NCBI GenBank assembly: GCA_963737155.1
Contig: CAVTRN010000002.1
Location: 576,001-640,000 of the forward strand
Length of the DNA stretch: 64,000 nucleotides
Source of the DNA: Nitrospirota bacterium
GTDB taxonomy: Bacteria > Nitrospirota > UBA9217
Reading direction: 5' to 3'
In this document: piece after piece, positions 21,146-30,967 of the stretch
Layout of the letters: the number at the start of each line of letters is the position of its first letter
Position numbering within the stretch: position 1 is the stretch's first letter
Position numbers and translations under genes: made by a program
Notes under the pieces: generated by a model
Seen by the model: only the letters and a program-made list of their open reading frames with translations
What the model was told of the DNA's origin: nothing
Database searches by the model: none

Positions 21146-22219
21146 AGCGTCGACCTCCCATCATGAGAATGTGTTCTCGAACCGACTTTATATTATTGTC
21201 CCCGCATGCATATTATTTATTGAAAGCGTTCCATATCTTAAAACATGTTCTCATCCAGTTCTTCTGCATTCAAGCTGCCATAGCACGTGTAAGGGCAAAC
21301 GGTGAAGAAGTATATTCCCCTTCAGTGTGAGAATTTTGACGCACTATTTGACGATGGTTAGAATTATTTTGTTCCTCTCTAAAAATAATATAATATTTAA
21401 ACTGCAGATTGGATGTGGGGATAGTAAATAACTAGCTAAAGCCGCATCCAAATATTCCAAAATAACGCCTTTATTACCTTACAATCCGTACTGAAAACTC
21501 TGGGGTGCTTCCGTTAGCATTTACGATCGTAGGTGTTGAGGAAATGATTAGATGAGAGAGACGTCGGCAGAGAATGATCTGTTTTCCCGAGGGGAACCCA
21601 ACGTTCACGTGCTGTTATGTGGCCGTATTCGTCCGCTTCCATCGCGTGGTCTGGACAAATATAAAAGGGTAAATCGCCTCGCTATTATATTAGCAAGCAG
21701 GACACTTGCCCATGCTGTGATTCGGAGGGGGCAAAAACATCCAGTTCCCCTTTATCCAAGTTGATAGCAGCAGATGTTATGTGAATAAGGAACATGAGCC
21801 AATCCGATTATTCTTGATAAGCTATAATTATATGACCAAGATTAGCAAAAATTGATATACTTTGCAAGATAATAAATAAGTATATATGCAGTAACGCGGC
21901 GAGAATATGTACTTTTAACAGTATTTGCTAAAAATTCCCGGACATGGCAAGAATCATGATATATCTGGTCCATTAGCCCGGAGGACCGTAGCGGGGATCA
22001 TGATTCGTGCTGCTTCCACCATAAGCTAGTCCTGCCCAGCTTCCTTTTTTAGAGGCCTATCGTGAATTATAACAGAAGCGGGAAAGGGGGGAAGCAATAA
22101 CTTGATTGGAATAAGTGGCTGTGATAATGTATCATTTATTTTCAAAAAGTTGGGGAGCCAGATTGAGAAGCATTGATGAGCAAAGGTAAGCGTCAAATAA
22201 CAGATTATCTTAGAACGCA

Positions 22220-22852
22220 ATGTGGGGAACCAAAATGGATTATGTTACGAATAACATATTGAATACGATGTCAGGTTTTACCTTTATCTTAGGTATAGTC
22301 GAGTGTTTTTTTGGATATAGAATGTTAAAAATAATATTGGGCGTTACGGGCTTTATTGTTGGTGGTTGGCTGTGTGCAGGGCTTCTTTATGAAATCGTGG
22401 GAAGGCATCCCGTGATGGCGTTAATAGCGGGACTAGTTGGCGGAGCGATTGGAAGCTCATTGATGATTGGTCTTTTTTTCCTGGGATTATTTATCTTAGG
22501 CACAGCGCTTGGATTATTAGTTGGCGGAGCTATGAGCGCATGTATATTTGGTTCGGCTGATCCAATAATTATAGTTCCGCTTGCAATTGTTGGTGGTATT
22601 GCAACGATAATTTTGTCAAAAAGTATGATCATCATTTCGACATCTTTTACCGGTGCGTATTTAATTGTATTCTCAGTCGGCAATTTTATAGGTATGCCAA
22701 ACATAATATCCCTATTCCGGCGAACTAATGGATTGAGAGAATATGGTGGTCAATTCTTTATCATGTTATTGTTTTGTTTTCTCGTAGGGATTACCGGGAT
22801 ATTTGTTCAGTATAAACATAAATATACGGCAACGTCAGCAGGGACAGGATGA
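22220..22852 (+). CDS. DUF4203 (TMEM198-like) membrane protein
   Basis: CFFGYRMLK, Gly-rich TM helices, STSFTGAY, GIFVQ. Confidence 0.8.
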   Translation: MWGTKMDYVTNNILNTMSGFTFILGIVECFFGYRMLKIILGVTGFIVGGWLCAGLLYEIVGRHPVMALIAGLVGGAIGSSLMIGLFFLGLFILGTALGLLVGGAMSACIFGSADPIIIVPLAIVGGIATIILSKSMIIISTSFTGAYLIVFSVGNFIGMPNIISLFRRTNGLREYGGQFFIMLLFCFLVGITGIFVQYKHKYTATSAGTG

Positions 22853-23157
22853 TCGGAAGAAACTCAAGCGCGACCGATATAGTCTCTTATCGCTATAAAT
22901 TACCTCGTTAAACTTTGGCTCCGAGAATCGATTTAGAAAAAAGTCTTTCTATCTCCAAATGTATTTCCCTTGATACAACGGTCTTATAAACATGCCCTTT
23001 GCGAGTCGGTAGGCTTACTGGGACACCCCTTCTTTTTCCTTCGCGATATTACTTAATCAAGCCATGCAGCAAGCTGTGAATCCTAAGCATCAAAGAAAAA
23101 AATATTACAACGGGTGAGCGTTTCTATCGAGAGGGTGGAATACTGTTAATATTTATA

Positions 23158-23186
23158 TTGTATAATATAATTTTATATGATATAAT
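23158..23186 (+). promoter_or_regulatory. sigma70 promoter of IS607 tnpA, probably giving a leaderless mRNA
   Basis: TTGTAT-17 nt-TATAAT with the ATG 6 nt after the -10 box and no Shine-Dalgarno. Confidence 0.6.
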
Positions 23187-23192
23187 GTATTT

Positions 23193-23759
23193 ATGAAGCT
23201 AAGCGTATGGGCAAAGCAACAAGGTATAACCTATCAAGCGGCATGGAAATGGTGGAAGGCTGGCAAGCTGCCGGTTGAGGCTGAGCAGATGCCTACCGGA
23301 ACCATCATTATAAAAGAGCAGAAAACTGCCCAAGGTTCTGTTGCTCTTTATGCCCGGGTATCCAGTCATGACCAAAAGAAAGACCTGGACGGGCAGCTCG
23401 GGCGGCTTTCCGTATATGCCGCTTCCAAAGGGTTGTCAGTTTCAAAAGCGGTGTCTGAGGTTGGATCTGGTCTTAATGGGCACAGGCCAAAACTCATGAA
23501 GCTGCTTGCCGACTCCAACGTCAGTATTATTGTCGCCTTGCATCGTGACCGGCTTATGCGGTTTGGATCTGAGTATGTAGAATCGGCACTTCGAGCTCAA
23601 GGTCGTCAACTTATTATTGTAGACCAGACCGAGCTAAAGGACGATCTGGTGCAGGACATGATTGAAGTATTGACATCGTTTTGCGCAAGGCTCTACGGAC
23701 GCCGGTCAGCGGCCAATAAAGCAAAAAAAGCTCTGGAGGCCATGGAAAATGGCAAGTAA
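23193..23759 (+). CDS. tnpA: IS607-family serine transposase TnpA
   Basis: N-terminal HTH MKLSVWAKQQGITYQAAWKWW, catalytic YARVSS, HRDRLMRFG, SFCARLYGRR. Confidence 0.95.
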   Translation: MKLSVWAKQQGITYQAAWKWWKAGKLPVEAEQMPTGTIIIKEQKTAQGSVALYARVSSHDQKKDLDGQLGRLSVYAASKGLSVSKAVSEVGSGLNGHRPKLMKLLADSNVSIIVALHRDRLMRFGSEYVESALRAQGRQLIIVDQTELKDDLVQDMIEVLTSFCARLYGRRSAANKAKKALEAMENGK

Positions 23760-25437
23760 TAAGGATAAAATGGGCAAGAGCGGCAAAAGTGAAGCACTTT
23801 CTTTTACCGCTCAAACTTTGCTGGTTGACATGTCTTACCTGGACACAAAGAAGTCTCTTTATCATGTTCTTGACGATATCGGCGACTCATACGGGCACAT
23901 CAAACGCTCTCTCTTTAAAGACAGCGTTCGTTCCGGCAACAAACCCATTTCATTCAAAAATGAGTATCTTGTCAGGTATGGTATCACCGCCCGGCAGTTT
24001 AACGCTATCCGCTACGATCTTGACGGCAATATCAGCTCCGCGGTTGAGGTATTAAAACTACGGGTTGAAAAGCTCGAGCACAAAATAAAATCTGCGAGAA
24101 AATGGATTAAAACCAGAGAGAACCGTATCATTGACATACGCAAAGACAAAAAATTGTCCGAATATGAAAAAACGACCAGCGTGGATTCTCTCCGTTTTGC
24201 GGTCCACAACAAAAAACGGAAGCTCCATTCATCGGAGCAGAAACTGGAAAAGCTGAAATACGATTTGGACAAAGGCCGAATCAGGATTTGCTTTGGGACA
24301 AAGAAACTTTTCCACAAGCAGTTTAACCTTTCTGAAAACGGTTATAAATCCCACAATAACTGGCTGTCTGCCTGGAAGGCTGCCCGAAGCTCTTCGTCGT
24401 TTTGTCTGGGATCGAAGGATGAAACGGCCGGCAACCAGACCTGCACGCTTGGCATCGACGGGTCGCTCAGGATACGGGTCCCAAACTATCTTGCCAAAAA
24501 ATACGGTAAACACATCATGGTGCCTACCGTAACATATCCTTACGGGCAGGAATATATTGAGCAGGCACTCCTGCGCAGCCAGGCAATCACCCACCGTTTT
24601 GTCCGTGGCGAGAAAGGTTGGTATCTGTATTCATCGGTTGATATCCCCCAAAGAGAAACAGTTACCGGGAAACCGCAAGAAATCGGATGTATTGGCGTAG
24701 ATGCAAACGAAAAAGAGATTGCTGTTTCCGAGACTGACCGGTTCGGCAATTTTGTCTGGCACACAACGTATCCTGCATGTATAAAAAACAGAACCACGGA
24801 ACAGACCGTGGCAACTTACGGTGATATCTGCGTCGGCATTATCGACCGGTCAATTAAAACCGGGAAACCCGTCGCTCATGAAACTCTTGACTTCGAAAAG
24901 AAGAAAGCATCTCTTAAGGAACAGGGAGTAACGTATGCGCGGATGCTGTCCGGGTTCGCCTATTCCATCTTTTTAAACATGCTTGACCGCAGAGCATTTA
25001 AGGCAGGCGTCGGTGTGCTCTCCGTGAATCCTGCTTACACATCCGTTATCGGCAGAAACAATTATATGTCTTTTCATGGCATCTCGCCGCATGAAGCAGC
25101 GGCGCTTGCTATCGCGAGAAGAGTTCAAGGATATCCCGAGTCTCCCATACCAGGCAGAACCGCCTCCCCTCTACCTGTAAGGAATCGAGAGGAGCACATC
25201 TGGAAGTTTTGGAGCAAGATGAAGACTCGGGGAGGTTGTGGAAATCATCACAGTCTCTACCAACGACGGTCCTTACAGGACTCCCCAGGCTGCGCTGAAA
25301 TGCAGAAGAAGCCATCATCCCGTCGACAGCGCAATTCTCCGGGCCACCTGCCAGCAGCAGTCTTGCTGAAAAGGCGCCAGAAGCAATCCCGATCAGCAAA
25401 CAACGGGACTTGGGCGAATCAGGGCGGGAATCCCTGA
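23749..25437 (+). CDS. tnpB: Large TnpB-related protein with an atypical RuvC-III
   Basis: RuvC-I IGVDAN, RuvC-II HETLDF, VNPAYTSVIG, then SPHEAAALAIARR; no CxxC zinc finger. Confidence 0.88.
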   Translation: MASNKDKMGKSGKSEALSFTAQTLLVDMSYLDTKKSLYHVLDDIGDSYGHIKRSLFKDSVRSGNKPISFKNEYLVRYGITARQFNAIRYDLDGNISSAVEVLKLRVEKLEHKIKSARKWIKTRENRIIDIRKDKKLSEYEKTTSVDSLRFAVHNKKRKLHSSEQKLEKLKYDLDKGRIRICFGTKKLFHKQFNLSENGYKSHNNWLSAWKAARSSSSFCLGSKDETAGNQTCTLGIDGSLRIRVPNYLAKKYGKHIMVPTVTYPYGQEYIEQALLRSQAITHRFVRGEKGWYLYSSVDIPQRETVTGKPQEIGCIGVDANEKEIAVSETDRFGNFVWHTTYPACIKNRTTEQTVATYGDICVGIIDRSIKTGKPVAHETLDFEKKKASLKEQGVTYARMLSGFAYSIFLNMLDRRAFKAGVGVLSVNPAYTSVIGRNNYMSFHGISPHEAAALAIARRVQGYPESPIPGRTASPLPVRNREEHIWKFWSKMKTRGGCGNHHSLYQRRSLQDSPGCAEMQKKPSSRRQRNSPGHLPAAVLLKRRQKQSRSANNGTWANQGGNP

Positions 25438-25510
25438 CGTTAACCGGCAGCAGCACTGTTCGGCTGCCGTCATAGTTATGAGAAATAAAATACTATGTTT
25501 TTAGGAACGG
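25240..25510 (+). ncRNA. Putative omegaRNA/reRNA scaffold at the IS607 right end
   Basis: Overlaps the tnpB 3' end; hairpin CGGCAGC...GCTGCCG at 25445-25469; 5' limit is a guess. Confidence 0.45.
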
Positions 25511-25681
25511 TGATAGAGAATTCCAGCCCCGCAATAACTATGGCCCAGATGTATTCAATGGTGACATCGGCATAATAAGGCGGATTGATTCAGAAAACTA
25601 CTTCTGCTTGATTCAATTAGGCAACCAGATGATTGAGACGCCTGAAGTGATTGCGGGTTATTCAAATAGCATTTTTTCAGG

Positions 25682-27439
25682 TCAGTAGGCGTAGTAGGGT
25701 CCTGTGCCCAGTTTGGATTCTTGCCCTTCAATTCCCACATAAATGCTTTGTCCGAAATAGAACGGAAGCCCCCAGTCGAAAAAATTCGCAGATGGAGGTA
25801 CAGGACCGCCGATATTAGAGAACACCTTGTTGGACGAATTTATGAGACTGTCAAAATTGCCAATTTGAAAGGAAACATTGTTGATCGGTGTTCCCAAATA
25901 CCCTGTATTCTCAGCGGATAGGGTTATCGTGGACGCGGGACAGAACCAACTCGGATTATCTCCGCATAGCGGAATCTGGCTAGATGGCGCGGTGAAAAAC
26001 AGGCCGTTTGAGCCGCTATCTATAACGCCGCCATAGGATACGCCGTTAAAGATAGTCAAGATTTCCCCATAATTTTGGCTGGTACTATTTACATCGTCAA
26101 CGCTAAACATCGTAGCCCCGCTGGACGCATTATTTGTACGTGTGTCTATCCCGAGTACAAGGTTGCCATTGACTGAGAGTGATCCGCTTGATGGAACGGT
26201 CGGCAGCTGGACAATCACACCGTTGTTATCTGTAGGGAGGCTCACTACGGGATTGGAAACTTGATTGGCAAGCGGTACTGTAGTAGGATTGCAAACTGTC
26301 CCACTGCATGTGTAATAGATTCCGACCGCATTGCTGCTTACGCATATCGGACCGCAGTCCTGGCCAAAGAGGCCGACGCCGAGGATGCCGCTAAATCCCG
26401 CATCTGCCGGGCTTTGGTCAGGGGTGCCGCATGACGCAGGGTTGCCGAACGTAGCATCAATGACTTGAATTGGGACATTAATTGCAGGCTCATTCCCCAG
26501 GACCACACCCGCCAATTCTACCGGTCCCCAATCGGACGAGCCGTCTGCGAACAGAGCGCAGTTAGTAAGCGAACCGCTACCGCTTGCTATCGTTTGCAGA
26601 GGTACAGTCAACACTTGTTTGAAGATCCGCAGCCCGTAGCTTCCGGTATCCAGAAGAATGTCGTTAATAGTCTGACAGGCGGTAGTGGACCCAGGTGTGC
26701 AGATCGTAACGCTGACGCAGGGTTTGTTAATATATCCGGCGGAAGTGCTGGCTGAGCAGAGTGAGCCGTTCACGGTGATGGGCATCACATTAATGACGGG
26801 AGCTGTTTCGCTGATTACAGTCAGCGTAGTAGTTCCTGGTACGTTTTCTGACGTGGCTGTAATCGTCGTGGCGCCTGTGGAAACCGAAGTAGCCAGGCCG
26901 TTGGAGCCGGCAGTATTGCTTATCGTCGCAACTGACGTGGACGCTGAACTCCACAGCACTGACCCTGTCACGTTTTGCGTCGTATTGTCGGAGAAGGTTC
27001 CTGTGGCTGTAAATTGCTGTGTTGTACCGAGGACAATGCTCGGATTGGTCGGCGTAACCGAAATGGATACAATTGTCGCCCCGGTAATGGTCAAAGTTGT
27101 GGAGCCCAAAATCCCGCCTGAAGCGGCTGTTATGGTGGTAGAACCCGTCCCGACAGATGTGGCCAGGCCATTGGAGCCGGCCGTATTGCTTATCGTAGCA
27201 ACTAACGCCGACGTTGAACTCCACGTCACTGACTCTGTTAAGTTGTGTGTTGTATTGTCGGAGAAGGTTCCTGTAGCTGTAAACTGCTGCATCGTACTGA
27301 GGGCAATAATCGGATTGATCGGCGTCACAGAAATGGATACAAGCGTTGGTGCAGGTGCGCTCGACCCTCCGCCCGAACCCCCGCAACCAGCCAGCAGTAT
27401 AATGGTCAGCAAAAAAAACGGAACTCTATTTGATATCAC
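25682..27439 (-). CDS. DUF3443 family lipoprotein with two Ig-like (Big_2) domains and pepsin-like motifs
   Basis: Lipobox LAGC; two repeats SISVTP...QQFTATGTFSD...VTWSS; ILLDTGSYGLRIF, VIDSGSNG, FDWGLPFYFG; GTG start after AAGGAG. Confidence 0.85.
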   Translation of the reverse strand: MISNRVPFFLLTIILLAGCGGSGGGSSAPAPTLVSISVTPINPIIALSTMQQFTATGTFSDNTTHNLTESVTWSSTSALVATISNTAGSNGLATSVGTGSTTITAASGGILGSTTLTITGATIVSISVTPTNPSIVLGTTQQFTATGTFSDNTTQNVTGSVLWSSASTSVATISNTAGSNGLATSVSTGATTITATSENVPGTTTLTVISETAPVINVMPITVNGSLCSASTSAGYINKPCVSVTICTPGSTTACQTINDILLDTGSYGLRIFKQVLTVPLQTIASGSGSLTNCALFADGSSDWGPVELAGVVLGNEPAINVPIQVIDATFGNPASCGTPDQSPADAGFSGILGVGLFGQDCGPICVSSNAVGIYYTCSGTVCNPTTVPLANQVSNPVVSLPTDNNGVIVQLPTVPSSGSLSVNGNLVLGIDTRTNNASSGATMFSVDDVNSTSQNYGEILTIFNGVSYGGVIDSGSNGLFFTAPSSQIPLCGDNPSWFCPASTITLSAENTGYLGTPINNVSFQIGNFDSLINSSNKVFSNIGGPVPPSANFFDWGLPFYFGQSIYVGIEGQESKLGTGPYYAY

Positions 27440-27800
27440 CTATCATAACTCCTTGAAGGATCGATGCAGGCGTATAAACGCGGCCTTGCAGGTTTTGCAT
27501 AATATCCTCATTTTTCCACGACAACGTGGGCAGTTTTAACTTGTTGGGTCCTGTGGCCCATGCGGGGTATCCGACGCTGCTCTTCCCGGTGTTCATTTAG
27601 CGTAGGAACCGAGCAACTGCGTCGGACAGGGAAAATAAAACTAATTCGTGTAAATCCGAATACGTTGCCCGATGCGGGAAAATATTCTCTAAATAGTGAC
27701 TGCATCGGGCTCAAATTGCTGATCATTGTAGCTTCGACGGGTCATCGTTGTAGCGCTCCGCGTGGCCGATCGCGGCAAGACCATAAAGTTGAGATAAGTT
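27426..27800 (-). pseudogene. Degraded DUF2844 family gene (usual partner of DUF3443)
   Basis: Fragments REYFPASGNVFG, TQLLGSYA, QQVKTAHVVVEK*, MQNLQGRVYTPASILQGVMIGDIK* overlapping the DUF3443 start; 5' end approximate. Confidence 0.65.
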
Positions 27801-27974
27801 GCTCTATCCCTTGATAGCGGCAAATGCATGATACCCTGGTATATACCAGGCTTTCTCCGAAACCACCGGGTTTCTGCGCTAAACTCTTAATATAAGCTCT
27901 TGAAGGGCGTTTAACGTTTATCTCGGAGGAGTAGTGTCGCAAGCTACGCTTGTTGTTATCCCGCTAATTCCCGG

Positions 27975-29414
27975 CTAAGCCCCGGTTACGCCGGTACTTT
28001 GGCCTTTGCTTCTGGCGAGCGATGTTACGGCCGCTATTCCAGTCAGAGCGCCTCCCGTCACATAAGCGTATTTCAATCCTGTCAGGAAGGTGTCTGAATC
28101 CGCGCTGAGGAGAGACGCCTTTTGCAGGACAGAAGGCGAGGCGTAAGCAGACAGGATAGTACCTCCAGTGGCAATCCCCATCACCATCCCGACGGTCCGG
28201 ACTGTAGCGAGAATTCCGGAAGCTATCCCGAGGTGTTGCTTCGGGGCGCTCCCCATCACGGCACTGTTATTGGGGGATTGAAAAATGCCGGTACCCAGCC
28301 CGAAGACGGCCATTCTCCAGACAACATCCGTCGGGCCAGCAATGGCAGGCAATCGACTCATGAGAAACAGCGACAACGCGCACAGACCCGCGCCGATAAA
28401 GGCGAGCATGCTTGTGCCAATCCGGTCGGAAAGCGCACCGCTGAACGGCGCGACCGCCATGACGGCGATCGGGAACGACGTCATGATGAGGCCCATCCGG
28501 TTCACCTCAAAGTGCAGTACCCGCTGAAGGTAGAATGGCGTGAGAAAAACCATGATATACTGCGCCATATAAGTGAGGAGCGCGCTTATATTCGCCAAGG
28601 AGAATGTTACGCTCCGGAAAAGGCCGAGGTTGAGCATGGGCTCAGAAACGCGGCTCTCTTGCTTGATGAAAGCGGTAACAGCCACGATCGATGCAAGCAG
28701 CAGTAAAAACGTCATAAAGTTTGAAAGAGGGTTTTGAAAACGGTTGACCAACAGAAGAATGAAGAGCAGGGAAAGGCAGCCGAGGAACACTCCCGGCGTG
28801 TCAATTTTGGCGGCCCTTCCTTTGACGTTCGGGATAATGCGGCTCCCCCAGAATAGGGCAGCAATCCCGATCGGGATGTTGACCAGGAACACGAAGCGCC
28901 ATCCCAAAAGAGACGTAAGAAAGCCGCCGAGCGAGGGGCCTATTGCCAGCCCGGCCGAGATGCTTATCGCGTTGATGCCCAGGGCTTTGCCCCGTTCCCG
29001 GGGCGGGAAGGCGGCGGTTATGATGGCGAATGGCATGGACATCAACATTCCGGCGGCGAGTCCCTGGAGGGCACGGAATATGATAAGCCAATATATGGAT
29101 GGGGACAAGCCGCACAATGTGGAAGTAACGATGAAGCCAGCAAGGCCAGTCAGATAGATCTTCCTATACCCGAGGATATCGCCCAGCCGGCCGTAGAACA
29201 TGAGGAGACTGCCAATGGTGAGGAGATAGATCATCGGCACCCATTGAGCCACGGAAACCCCCACGCCGAAGTTTTGCGTGATCGTCGGAAGGACTACGTT
29301 AACGATGCTGGCGTCGATCGGCCCCATAATGGTGCCGACCATGACCGCGGCTACGATCGAGTAGCGTTTTGAATAATCTATGCCGGCTGAGTTTTCATTC
29401 ATTGACATTGGCAA
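27975..29414 (-). CDS. MFS transporter, DHA2 (EmrB/QacA-like, about 14 TM)
   Basis: IDASIVNVVLP, GRLGDILGYRK, FPPRERGKALG, WRFVFLVNIPIG. Confidence 0.93.
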   Translation of the reverse strand: MPMSMNENSAGIDYSKRYSIVAAVMVGTIMGPIDASIVNVVLPTITQNFGVGVSVAQWVPMIYLLTIGSLLMFYGRLGDILGYRKIYLTGLAGFIVTSTLCGLSPSIYWLIIFRALQGLAAGMLMSMPFAIITAAFPPRERGKALGINAISISAGLAIGPSLGGFLTSLLGWRFVFLVNIPIGIAALFWGSRIIPNVKGRAAKIDTPGVFLGCLSLLFILLLVNRFQNPLSNFMTFLLLLASIVAVTAFIKQESRVSEPMLNLGLFRSVTFSLANISALLTYMAQYIMVFLTPFYLQRVLHFEVNRMGLIMTSFPIAVMAVAPFSGALSDRIGTSMLAFIGAGLCALSLFLMSRLPAIAGPTDVVWRMAVFGLGTGIFQSPNNSAVMGSAPKQHLGIASGILATVRTVGMVMGIATGGTILSAYASPSVLQKASLLSADSDTFLTGLKYAYVTGGALTGIAAVTSLARSKGQSTGVTGA

Positions 29415-29841
29415 TATCGACGAAAATCATTACACATATTATGGGCTAAAAAGCACCAACTTTCAATAAAAAAAGGACGGGCTATCGTCGGGAAGTGCGG
29501 ATTTGGAATCATACTCAGTCGTTCTGATTGCGGCAACGTATCGCAGGTCTCGACACTGTTCCCCGCAGTTAACGCCGCAACTGGCGATAAACTTGTCGGG
29601 GATGACAAATCCAACATAGTCCAAGGGCACCTCCATTGTCAAGCGCGAGCATATGTCCAAGCATATATCGGTCTGACGCTCCCGCGCTTTCGGTACGGCA
29701 TACTGTTTTAGCAGCCGGTCCGGAGTTTCTCCGGTCTCTTCCGGCAATATCAGTTTGATATTCTAATGTCAGGACTTGATCCATTTATTTTTTTGTGATA
29801 TAAAGCCAAGTGCGGTGTTTCATAATTAAAGAGGAGGGGAT

Positions 29842-30090
29842 ATGGTAAAAAAATTCGTAATTGCTTTGATTGTTGTATTTCTTATGGGCGGTGCAGCAGG
29901 TAGTTGGGCAGCGTCGCATTGGCGGCATTGGGAGGCTGCCCTTGATGATTTGCGGCATGCAAAGATGGAGTTGGAAAAGAGTGAACACAATTTTGGAGGA
30001 CACAGAGACAAAGCTCTTGAGCACGTGCAGAAAGCTATTGAGGAAACTCGAATGGGTGTAGAGTACAACGAAAGAGAGCATCGTTATTAG
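29842..30090 (+). CDS. Small secreted helical protein
   Basis: GAGGAGG RBS, signal peptide, HNFGGHRDKALEHVQKAIEE. Confidence 0.75.
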   Translation: MVKKFVIALIVVFLMGGAAGSWAASHWRHWEAALDDLRHAKMELEKSEHNFGGHRDKALEHVQKAIEETRMGVEYNEREHRY

Positions 30091-30097
30091 CGAATAT

Positions 30098-30131
30098 GCA
30101 TCGGGACGGTTCAGACGAGCCGTCCCGATGC
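30098..30131. terminator. Stem-loop between convergent genes (probable terminator)
   Basis: GCATCGGGACGG...CCGTCCCGATGC perfect 12-bp stem. Confidence 0.7.
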
Positions 30132-30213
30132 TTGTACTCAAGAAAACCCCCTATAGTCTGCGGCAGTTGTATCATTTGGGAATTGCGCTTTTCATGTCCT
30201 AATTCTTGCCAAT

Positions 30214-30597
30214 TTATTTTTTATCCACGCTGAGCGGTCCGGAACCGAAGTACGCGATCATGAGAGCGGCACCGAGCATTGAGAGGTTCTTCATGAAGTT
30301 CGCCATCTGCATCTGCGCCTGCATCGGGTCGGTATAGGTCCAGAAATTGTGAATCATGAATGTAACCGGCAAAAGAAAGATTATGATGAGCAACGCGCCG
30401 TACTTCGCTTTATACCCGAGCAGGATACTCAGCCCGCCTAAAAAAGCGATTATTCCCGATAAGGGAACTGCGATCGAGGCCATAGGCACACCTTTGCTGG
30501 CAGCGTAACCAATTGCCCCGGCAGTAAAATGATTTGGTCCAGACATTATGAATATAGCTACATACAGGATCCTTCCCAAGAGAACAATGTATTTCAT
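30214..30597 (-). CDS. DoxX family membrane protein
   Basis: LLGRIL...SGPNHF, HNFW, FMKNLSMLG, GSGPLSVD. Confidence 0.9.
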   Translation of the reverse strand: MKYIVLLGRILYVAIFIMSGPNHFTAGAIGYAASKGVPMASIAVPLSGIIAFLGGLSILLGYKAKYGALLIIIFLLPVTFMIHNFWTYTDPMQAQMQMANFMKNLSMLGAALMIAYFGSGPLSVDKK

Positions 30598-30967
30598 AGT
30601 GTTCCTCCTCTGTTTAAATACACGTACCTTAACTATATCACAGAAGTATTGAGCCTACTGAATAAATCCGTTGCAACAGGATTTGTACTTGGCAGCATTG
30701 GTCATCACGCGCGCCAGGAGGTGCTTGATAGCCTACAATTATAAGCTCTTTAGTACAGCTGCAGCTTTTGGGTCTGTTCACATTCCAGAACGATTTTGCA
30801 TACCCAGATGAAAACGAAAGAGCTTTTTTCTGAAGTCTGCACAGAATAAACTGAGCAATATCTGACGATGCGGTTTCGAAGTGAGGTTTTATATCGCTTG
30901 CTTTTTTGATATGGTATACTATTTTTAGATTATCGGCGGCACTTCCTTCCTCAAAAACGGATGATGC

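Larger units (their letters stand above)
23115..25510 (+). mobile_element. IS607-family insertion sequence (tnpA + tnpB)
   Basis: Serine-recombinase tnpA overlapping tnpB; ends inferred at GG dinucleotides (caacGGG|tgagcg and aggaacGG|tgatag); boundaries are approximate. Confidence 0.85.

Noticed and set aside
23115-25510. IS607 element as an IStron (group I intron fusion)
   Set aside because: Only about 80 bp precede tnpA, too little for a group I core, and the site is intergenic
25515-25540. TTCCAGCCCCGCAATAA resembling a tRNA 3' end
   Set aside because: Match too short to distinguish from chance
26685-27539. 284-aa plus-strand ORF
   Set aside because: Antisense to the Thr/Ser-rich Ig repeats of the DUF3443 gene
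27905-27962. Possible attC after the MFS gene
   Set aside because: AAC/GTT boxes are present but the inner arms do not pair
29463-29784. Overlapping minus-strand ORFs, perhaps a frameshifted gene
   Set aside because: No family recognised; cannot support a call
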